Positions 56,273 through 63,312 of a stretch of 63,312 bases of DNA are shown in pieces. Both the position numbers and the translations under genes were made by a program. A model generated the notes under the pieces. It searched no databases. It had not been told where the DNA came from and worked only from the letters and a program-made list of their open reading frames with translations. The stretch comes from an uncultured Christensenellaceae bacterium (GTDB lineage Bacteria; Bacillota; Clostridia; Christensenellales; DTU072): the NCBI GenBank assembly GCA_964392385.1, contig CAYMPR010000004.1, positions 1,783 to 65,094 of the forward strand, in the 5' to 3' direction. Within the stretch, counting starts at the first letter, position 1; every line of letters begins with the position of its first letter.

Positions 56273-59208
56273 ATGCCTAGTTCCTCTGCACTTATTTGTG
56301 AAAGTGCAATATCTCTATATAACTCACAGGAGCACAAAAGATCCTTATGTGTTCCTTTATCTACTATTTTCCCTTCGTTCATAACTAGTATTAAGTCAGC
56401 ATCCATAATTGTGCCTATTCTTTGAGCGACTATAATTGTTGCAGTGTTTTTTGTAACTCTCTTCAAAGCAGTCCTTAGGTTTTTGTCCGTTCTAAAATCA
56501 AGAGCTGAGAAACTATCATCGAAAATCATAACTTCGGGACGTCTAACAACTGCTCTTGCAATAGATAGTCTTTGCTTTTGTCCTCCACTAAAATTGCCCC
56601 CACCTTGTTCGACCACACTATCAAGGCCACCTTCTTTTCCTCTTACAAAATTATCGCTTTGGGCAATACTAAGAGCATCCCATAATTCCTCTTCGCTTGC
56701 ATCTTCTTTACCCCATTTTAAGTTTTCTCTTATTGTACCTGAAAACAGCATAGAGCGCTGTGGAACAAAACCGATTTTTGCACGTAATTCTTCTTGCGGT
56801 ATATCCCTAACATCAACTCCATCAACCGATATTTTACCTTCTGTCGCATCATAAAATCGAGGTATTAGATTAATAACGGTGCTTTTACCTGCCCCTGTTC
56901 CACCTACTATTGCTGTAATTTTACCTTTTTCTGCGGTGAAAGAAATATCTCTAAGAGCGTATGTTTCTGAATCGTGGGAAAATTTAAAACTTACTCCTTC
57001 GAATCGTACAACACCTTTTTCGGTATATGCTCTATTGGGCTCAAGTGGATCTCTAAGCTTGATTTTAGTATCTAAAACTTCATTTACTCTTGCTGCAGAT
57101 ACTGTCGCCCGTGGGAACATAACAAAAACTGTAGCAAGCATAACCAGCGCCATCATTATTTGTTGCATATACTGGATAACTGCCATCATATCGCCAACTT
57201 TTATATCTTCATCGTATGCTATTTGATTACTTGCAATCCAAACAACTCCTACCATTGCACAATTAATACAAACTGAAATGAGTGGTGCTAAAATTGCATT
57301 ATATTTACTAATAGTTGTTGCTGTCTTGGTAAGATTTTGATTAACTTCCTGGAATTTCTCATTTTCGGTTTCTTGTTTATTAAAGGCTCTTACTACTCTA
57401 ATACCAGTAAGACCTTCCCTCGTCACAAGAGTCAATCTATCAACTTTCTTTTGAATAATTTTAAACATTGGTTGAACAATTCTTGCTGCGACAAACGAGG
57501 CGATGAATAAAATAGGGAGTACATACAATAAAACCGATGTCATTTTTAGACTCTTTTCCGCTGCCATAGTAAATCCTCCAATGAGGATTATAGGAGCGAT
57601 AAGACCGGTTCTAAGTAGCAATAAAAGAATCTGTTGGATTTGGTTAATATCATTTGTAGACCTAGTAATTAGACTCGGTGTAGAGAATAAATCAAACTCA
57701 GCTAGCGAAAATGACTGAACTTTTTTAAATACCCTTGACCTAATAAAAGCCGAGAATTCTGATGCATATTTAGAACTAAATAATGCAGCTAATATTGCGG
57801 CAGTGCAAGATGCAATAGTTAAAAGAAGCATATAACCGCCCCTTGTAAGTATGAACGTCAAATCTTTTGTTTGAATTTCATCTCCATCGGGTAACATCAT
57901 ATCTTTCGCTGACATTAACTCATAAACTTTTCCTGCTTGTTTAGCCGTTCCCGTGGGGCTTAATGTTAAGTAATTTTTGAGTTTAATCCAAAACTTCAAC
58001 CATTCGCTATCTTTTACTTTGGTAACACTTTGACCTTGTTCATTTTGTGTCCAAGTATCATCTATTTGCTTCATTATTCTTTTAGCAGAACTGTTTTTGT
58101 AAGCAAAAAGTCTTTCTATTAGGATTAGCTCATCATCCCCATTATATCTTTTTACCATTTCGGTAATTCTATAGCGATAGTTAGAAGCCTCAGCTTCTGT
58201 GAATTTAGTAATATTATTTGTGATTAGCACCCTAGACAATAAACTTGCATTATATTTATCTGCCTCAAGTTGGGCGTCAAAGTCGCTAATTCCTCTTCTT
58301 CTATCAACCCATTTCTCCGCATGATATTTATAGGCATATCCTAGAACATTATTGCAGATAATAACCTCATAATCGGGCATAGGGTCAGGCCTTTTTGTGT
58401 AACTTTCTTTTATTGTATCTACTTCATTTTCATCTTTATCTGAATAGACATACCTTAGTTTCGACTTATCAACAACTTGGCCAAATTCATCGGTTGGTAT
58501 TTTATTTCCATCCGTGTCAATAGGGATAGGCATAATGTTGCCATATTTTGATTTTTTCATTCTGCTAATACAAGCAGTAAGAATCTTTCTATTACTGCTG
58601 TTTTCCATAGCATCTTCATCGGCATCCGGGTCTTGATCTAAAAGCCCATTAACAGAAATTGAATTGTCATCAGAATCCTCAATAGAAATAGATCTTGGGT
58701 CACCTTCCTCAAAAATAATAAAGGTGTTAATTACCTTTCTTATTTCAGCTTTTTCCGCTTCGGTGTAATCTGAGTTAAAATCAGCCCCAAGTGCTTGATA
58801 TGGTTTTAAACCCTCTAAAAAGGGGGTTATTACTTTCTCAAAAAGCTCTTTACTGTCGTGAATAGGTATGTCTCTAAAAGTTATGTTAACCGATTGGTCT
58901 TTTTCGATTTCTTCAAGAGCTTCGGTTAAATCATATGTTGAAAAACCTTCAACCATTTCAAAAACTGGAATCTTATCCTTGTCATATCCTTTAAGCGTTT
59001 TTTCGCTATCAACTCCCCCAATACTATCGGGCTTATCCATTTCTAGATGTTTATATAGGGGCTCATAATCTATATATATACCCTCGTTAATTATTTCACT
59101 CATTTTTTCGGGAAGGTATAATTCGGCGACAGCTTGACCAGTAACCAACAATAAGATTACTAGCAAAACCCAGGCCATAGATCTAAAATCTTTGAATTGT
59201 CTAAACAT
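56269..59208 (-). CDS. ABC exporter, fused permease/ATPase (partner A) with ~400-aa insertion between TM1 and TM2
   Basis: TM1 at residues ~11-30 and the next TM at ~455. Walker A GGTGAGKST, signature SGGQKQRLSIARA, Walker B VMIFDDSFSALD. Confidence 0.9.
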   Translation of the reverse strand: MFRQFKDFRSMAWVLLVILLLVTGQAVAELYLPEKMSEIINEGIYIDYEPLYKHLEMDKPDSIGGVDSEKTLKGYDKDKIPVFEMVEGFSTYDLTEALEEIEKDQSVNITFRDIPIHDSKELFEKVITPFLEGLKPYQALGADFNSDYTEAEKAEIRKVINTFIIFEEGDPRSISIEDSDDNSISVNGLLDQDPDADEDAMENSSNRKILTACISRMKKSKYGNIMPIPIDTDGNKIPTDEFGQVVDKSKLRYVYSDKDENEVDTIKESYTKRPDPMPDYEVIICNNVLGYAYKYHAEKWVDRRRGISDFDAQLEADKYNASLLSRVLITNNITKFTEAEASNYRYRITEMVKRYNGDDELILIERLFAYKNSSAKRIMKQIDDTWTQNEQGQSVTKVKDSEWLKFWIKLKNYLTLSPTGTAKQAGKVYELMSAKDMMLPDGDEIQTKDLTFILTRGGYMLLLTIASCTAAILAALFSSKYASEFSAFIRSRVFKKVQSFSLAEFDLFSTPSLITRSTNDINQIQQILLLLLRTGLIAPIILIGGFTMAAEKSLKMTSVLLYVLPILFIASFVAARIVQPMFKIIQKKVDRLTLVTREGLTGIRVVRAFNKQETENEKFQEVNQNLTKTATTISKYNAILAPLISVCINCAMVGVVWIASNQIAYDEDIKVGDMMAVIQYMQQIMMALVMLATVFVMFPRATVSAARVNEVLDTKIKLRDPLEPNRAYTEKGVVRFEGVSFKFSHDSETYALRDISFTAEKGKITAIVGGTGAGKSTVINLIPRFYDATEGKISVDGVDVRDIPQEELRAKIGFVPQRSMLFSGTIRENLKWGKEDASEEELWDALSIAQSDNFVRGKEGGLDSVVEQGGGNFSGGQKQRLSIARAVVRRPEVMIFDDSFSALDFRTDKNLRTALKRVTKNTATIIVAQRIGTIMDADLILVMNEGKIVDKGTHKDLLCSCELYRDIALSQISAEELGI

Positions 59209-59232
59209 CCGCTCCTCTTGCTAATTATGTGG

Positions 59233-59261
59233 ATTATATCACGAGACTTTTTATAGGTCAA
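59233..59261 (-). promoter_or_regulatory. promoter of the ABC exporter pair
   Basis: Minus strand TTGACC, 17 nt, TATAAT with a TGA extended -10. Confidence 0.65.
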
Positions 59262-59305
59262 TATTGGGTGCGCGCATACGCATACTAATATTTGCGCCTT
59301 GTTAA

Positions 59306-59329
59306 AGTCAAACTTATCTAATTTTGACT
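59306..59329 (-). terminator. weak hairpin after gpmI
   Basis: AGTCAAA-10 nt-TTTGACT followed by TTTAACAA on the minus strand. AT-rich, so uncertain. Confidence 0.35.
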
Positions 59330-59352
59330 AGCTTATGAGTTTAGTGCAACTA

Positions 59353-60918
59353 TTATATTATCGACTCGTCCCATGAGGGGTCCTTTTCAATTTGCATTAT
59401 TTTTGCAACCGTTGAGGCAATATTTGAGAGCCCAAAATCACCTTTCTTAATCTCAATACCCTTCTGCCCGTAAATGATAAAAGGAACTTTATTTAAGCTA
59501 TGTGCTGTTCTGGGTTCAAGTTGACCTTTCTTATTAACTTCTAACATCTCATCCGCATTTCCATGGTCAGCAGTAATAATAAGAGTCATATTTTTTTCTT
59601 TAACTGCTTGTAAAATTCTTGAGAGAGCTAAATCAACAGATTCTACTGCCAAAACTGTAGCAATAAATGAGCCAGTATGCCCGACCATATCACCATTAGG
59701 GAAATTACATCTAATAAAGTCATATTTGTCAGAGTATATAGCATCTATGACAGAATCTGCAACCTCAGCAGATTTCATCCAAGGTCTTTCATCAAAGGAA
59801 ACTCTATCGGAAGGAATTTCTTGATATGTTTCTAATTTCTCACTAAATTTTCCTAGTCTATTACCATTCCAAAAATATGTTACATGACCAAATTTTTGCG
59901 TTTCTGAGACAGCAAATTGTCTTATCCCTTTTTTCACCAAACATTCGCTAAGAGTGTTTCTAATCTGTGGCGGTAACACCAGAAATTTTTCAGGTATGTT
60001 CAAATCACCATCGTATTGTAACATTCCAGCAAATTTAATACTTGGGAATTTTTCTCTATTAAATTCCTTGAAATCCTTAAAGCTAAGCGCCTTACTAATC
60101 TCTATTGCTCTATCACCTCTAAAGTTAAACAAAACAACGCTATCATTGTCTAAGATTTTTCCGACAGGCTCCCCTTTCTCGGTTATTACAAAAGCTGGCA
60201 AGTCTTGATCCACTATACCACTCTTTTCTTTCCTATATGTTTCAATTGCTTGGAGGGTAGATTCAAAGCCCCTTCCTCTTCCTAACACATGGACATCATA
60301 TCCTTCTTTAACCATATTCCAGTTAGCGTTATAGCGGTCCATAGTTATTTTCATTCTCCCACCGCCACTAGCGATTTTAGCGTCGAAAGTCTTATCATTA
60401 AGTCTAAAAAGCTCTTTTTCTAACATTTCAACGTAAATTGGGGCTGATGTTGCTGGAACATCTCGTCCATCTAAGAGTACATGTATTCTTACCTTTTTAA
60501 TTTTTTCAATCTTAGCTTGATTTATCAAAGCAAAAAGATGGGCGATATTCGAGTGAACATTCCCGTCGGAAAGTAATCCGATGAAGTGGAAAGTTGAATC
60601 ATTTTTCACACAGTTTGAGGAAAGTTCCTTCCAAGTAGGTGATTTAAAAATATCCCCACTTTCGATATTTTTGTTTACAAGTTTTGCGCCCTGTGCGTAA
60701 ACTTGTCCACAGCCTATCGCGTTATGTCCCACCTCACTATTGCCCATATCCTCATCAGAAGGAAGCCCTACTGCAACTCCGTGAGCCTTTAAAAATGTGA
60801 AGGGGCACTCTTTGTATAATAAATCTAAGGTAGGAGTTTTTGCTGCCTTAACTGCATTGCCTAATTCCTTTTCCGAATAACCAATGCCATCCATAACTAC
60901 CAAAACAACTCTATTCAT
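59353..60918 (-). CDS. gpmI: 2,3-bisphosphoglycerate-independent phosphoglycerate mutase
   Basis: VVMDGIG, MGNSEVGHNAIG and ADHGNADEM motifs. Confidence 0.96.
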   Translation of the reverse strand: MNRVVLVVMDGIGYSEKELGNAVKAAKTPTLDLLYKECPFTFLKAHGVAVGLPSDEDMGNSEVGHNAIGCGQVYAQGAKLVNKNIESGDIFKSPTWKELSSNCVKNDSTFHFIGLLSDGNVHSNIAHLFALINQAKIEKIKKVRIHVLLDGRDVPATSAPIYVEMLEKELFRLNDKTFDAKIASGGGRMKITMDRYNANWNMVKEGYDVHVLGRGRGFESTLQAIETYRKEKSGIVDQDLPAFVITEKGEPVGKILDNDSVVLFNFRGDRAIEISKALSFKDFKEFNREKFPSIKFAGMLQYDGDLNIPEKFLVLPPQIRNTLSECLVKKGIRQFAVSETQKFGHVTYFWNGNRLGKFSEKLETYQEIPSDRVSFDERPWMKSAEVADSVIDAIYSDKYDFIRCNFPNGDMVGHTGSFIATVLAVESVDLALSRILQAVKEKNMTLIITADHGNADEMLEVNKKGQLEPRTAHSLNKVPFIIYGQKGIEIKKGDFGLSNIASTVAKIMQIEKDPSWDESII

Positions 60919-61077
60919 GTTTTCTCCTAAAATTTATTAATTTAAATTACTATTACAAGCCTTTACTATTAGTGTCTCAAATAGTGGTATATATATGATT
61001 GAAACCGCTTTCAATATTGAGGCGGTTTCAAATATTCAAAATGGATAAAAAAATCCCTTATGAAGACTAAACCATTA

Positions 61078-61830
61078 CTATTTATCGTAATTAACAATTA
61101 CGCCAAAATCTTCAGCTTTTAGCGAAGCGCCGCCTATCAACCCACCATCGATTTCAGGCATTGCCATCAATTCTTTTGCGTTTTTAGCATTCATACTTCC
61201 GCCATACTGAATTCTAAGGGCTGCAGATACAGTCTTTCCATACAACCTTCTAACTGTTTTTCTAATTATTGCAATTGTATCATTTGCATCTTGGGCTGTT
61301 GCTGTCTTCCCTGTCCCTATTGCCCAAACTGGTTCATAGGCTACTACGACTTTTTTTAGATCGGCTTTTTCGATACCTTCAAAAGCAGCATTTGTTTGTC
61401 TTACTACCACGGCTGAAGTTTGTCCTGATTCTCTTTCCGACAATGTTTCACCCACACAAATAATGGGCTTAATACCCGCTTGAAGAGCAGCTTTCGCTCT
61501 AGCGTTTACTGATTGATCAGTTTCGCCAAAATATTGTCTTCTTTCACTATGTCCAACAATAACATATTCTACCTTTAGCTCTTTTAGCATGTCTGCGCTG
61601 ATTTCCCCAGTAAAAGCTCCTTTAGGTGCCCAGTGAACATTTTGTGCGCCTAATTTAATTTTTGTTCCTCTTATCGCTTTTCTTGCGATTTCCAAATCAG
61701 TAAATGGCACGCATATAACTACTTCACAATTAGCATTTTGTACAGCAGGAGAAAGCGCTTGAATTAATTCTTTAGCTTCAGCCTGATTTTTATTCATCTT
61801 CCAATTTCCAGCAATAATATCTCTTTTCAT
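61078..61830 (-). CDS. tpiA: triose-phosphate isomerase
   Basis: AGNWKMN, GHSERR and AYEPVWAIGTG motifs. Second ATG (61830) chosen because GGAGG directly abuts the first ATG (61836). Confidence 0.95.
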   Translation of the reverse strand: MKRDIIAGNWKMNKNQAEAKELIQALSPAVQNANCEVVICVPFTDLEIARKAIRGTKIKLGAQNVHWAPKGAFTGEISADMLKELKVEYVIVGHSERRQYFGETDQSVNARAKAALQAGIKPIICVGETLSERESGQTSAVVVRQTNAAFEGIEKADLKKVVVAYEPVWAIGTGKTATAQDANDTIAIIRKTVRRLYGKTVSAALRIQYGGSMNAKNAKELMAMPEIDGGLIGGASLKAEDFGVIVNYDK

Positions 61831-61952
61831 TTTCATCCTCCAAATATTTTTTATGATTTTAATTTATAAATCGAGTTATTTTTTATCAATATACATACTT
61901 GTAGTGCATTTCCATGACTATACAAACAATAATATAAATCAAGAATTCTATA

Positions 61953-63152
61953 TTACTTTTCATCCAAACAGGCAACACCCGGGAGTTCTTTCCCTTCCAA
62001 GAACTCAAGAGAAGCTCCGCCACCTGTCGAAATATGTGTCATCTTGTCTGCGTAACCTAGCCCTGCTACAGCACTAGCACTATCACCACCACCAATAATT
62101 GTTATTGCGCTAGATTCTGCCATTGCTCTTGCAACTGCACGAGTTCCTTCAGCAAACCTTTCGAATTCAAAAACACCCATTGGACCATTCCAAATAACAG
62201 TTTTTGCTTGTTTAATTTCGAGAGCAAACAATTCTCTAGTTTTGGGGCCTATATCCATACCCATCCAGCCAGCGGGAATAACAGTGTTTAAGTCAACATT
62301 TAAAACAAGTTGCATAGCTTTTTCGGAAAATTCACTTCCGAATACATTATCTACAGGTAATAAGAGTTTAACACCACGTTGTTTGGCTTTTTTTATCAGT
62401 TCATCGGCTAAATCCAGTTTATCTTTTTCGCAAATTGAATTTCCTATAGGATACTTTTGGGAGGCTAAAAATGTGTATGCCATGCCTCCACCGATAATAA
62501 TTGTGTTCACTTTATCAATTAAGTTGTTGATAACGTCAATTTTGTCAGAAACCTTGGCTCCACCCAAAATAGCAACGAATGGCCTCTTAGGATTCTCTAA
62601 TGCTCCACCCATAATGCTTATTTCTTTGCCAATTAAAAAACCTGCGACTGCTGTTTTTACAAAACCATATTGTACGATTCCAGCAGTTGAGGCGTGGGCT
62701 CTATGCGCCGTTCCAAACGCATCATTAACATAAATATCACAAAAACTAGCTAGTTCTTTACAAAACTCCTTGTCATTTTCTTCTTCTTCTTTATGAAAAC
62801 GAAGATTTTCAAGAAGTACTATTTCACCATTTTTGCATGCTGCGACTTTTTCTTTTGCAGATGGACCAATAACATCTTCTGCAAATGCAACCGGTTTTCC
62901 TAAAAGTTCGGCTAATTTTAAGGCAACAGGCTTTAAAGAATATTTCTTATTGAATTCACCTTTAGGTCTGCCCATATGTGAACATAGTATTACTTTTGCA
63001 CCTTTCTCATAAAGATATTTGATTGTGGGAATTGCTCCCTCAATTCTATTTAGGTCTGTTATAATTCCATCTTGCATAGGGACATTAAAATCTACCCTAA
63101 CTAAACATCTTTTCCCAAGAACGTTTACATCTTCTATAGTTTTCTTACTCAT
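61953..63152 (-). CDS. pgk: phosphoglycerate kinase
   Basis: [15 protein letters not shown] and GGGDSA motifs. ATG 63152 with a GGAGGG RBS. Confidence 0.96.
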   Translation of the reverse strand: MSKKTIEDVNVLGKRCLVRVDFNVPMQDGIITDLNRIEGAIPTIKYLYEKGAKVILCSHMGRPKGEFNKKYSLKPVALKLAELLGKPVAFAEDVIGPSAKEKVAACKNGEIVLLENLRFHKEEEENDKEFCKELASFCDIYVNDAFGTAHRAHASTAGIVQYGFVKTAVAGFLIGKEISIMGGALENPKRPFVAILGGAKVSDKIDVINNLIDKVNTIIIGGGMAYTFLASQKYPIGNSICEKDKLDLADELIKKAKQRGVKLLLPVDNVFGSEFSEKAMQLVLNVDLNTVIPAGWMGMDIGPKTRELFALEIKQAKTVIWNGPMGVFEFERFAEGTRAVARAMAESSAITIIGGGDSASAVAGLGYADKMTHISTGGGASLEFLEGKELPGVACLDEK

Positions 63153-63209
63153 GGCACCCTCCAAAAACATTTATATATGTGAAAAACCCTTCCTTTTCTC
63201 ACGATTTTT

Positions 63210-63238
63210 ATTATATCACTTAATACATGTGCGCGCAA
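63210..63238 (-). promoter_or_regulatory. promoter of pgk-tpiA(-gpmI)
   Basis: Minus strand TTGCGC, 17 nt, TATAAT with a TGA extended -10. The -35 lies inside the palindrome TGCGCGCA. Confidence 0.6.
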
Positions 63239-63312
63239 ATAGTATGCTAGCATTTTTAATCTATTACTAAGTGTCTTTAGCCTAATAATAATTAGAAACC
63301 TTCATTTCAAAT

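Noticed and set aside
61853-62077. 74-aa plus-strand ORF between tpiA and pgk
   Set aside because: More than half of it is antisense to the pgk 3' end. It has no RBS and no motif.
1-63312. Alternative genetic code (TGA as Trp, Mollicutes-like), considered because of the low G+C
   Set aside because: TGA terminates conserved genes at family-typical C-termini: crp at 19402, tyrS at 33541, ABC partner A at 56269, and the first CHR half at 24265. All conserved ORFs are intact under the standard code.

Overview
AT-rich (about one-third G+C by eye) core-chromosome segment of a Bacillota, Clostridia-like bacterium that uses the standard code: TGA terminates several conserved genes. Evidence for the Clostridia-like call is rpsD inside the alpha operon, a KOW gene between map and infA, a TatD-associated radical SAM gene, and zinc-ribbon forms of S14 and L36. 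All calls rest on motif recognition in the supplied translations; no database search was possible. CDS coordinates include the stop codon. Several ORF-track starts were trimmed to the ATG that has a GGAGG-type RBS, because the track extends to upstream TTG/GTG codons.

Content, mostly on the minus strand:
- pgk-tpiA-gpmI.
- A heterodimeric ABC exporter pair.
- prs, an MBL hydrolase and rho.
- fba, gap and leuS on the plus strand.
- A trmN6-like methyltransferase, rsmI and a GH13 glucosidase.
- An operon of a 503-aa unknown protein plus a YbbA/YbbP-like ABC transporter.
- A 65-bp tandem repeat, then an acyltransferase.
- tyrS-yigZ-ilvE, recX, metG-tatD-radical SAM-ksgA and a sodium:solute symporter.
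- A plus-strand accessory block: unknown 244-aa protein, AEC permease, DUF1858 protein, tRNA-Gln, ttcA-like gene and a split chromate transporter.
- crp/fnr plus a hydrolase.
- The complete S10-spc-alpha ribosomal cluster (rpsJ to rplQ, including rpmJ, which the ORF track misses).
- coaX and hom.

I found no CRISPR array, transposase, integrase, phage gene or recognisable defence gene. I do not see a clear-cut novel system. The best leads are:
1. The 34.9-41.4 kb cluster: unknown membrane-anchored protein, type VII-like ABC transporter, duplicated promoter/mini-ORF repeat and a zinc-ribbon acyltransferase.
2. An ABC exporter half-transporter with a ~400-aa extracytoplasmic insertion.
3. An L24 with a Cys4 knuckle and an 80-aa basic tail, alongside other expanded ribosomal proteins.
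4. GC-rich palindromic motifs at several promoters.
5. A tRNA-Gln with a U1-U72 mismatch that appears co-transcribed with a small redox protein.
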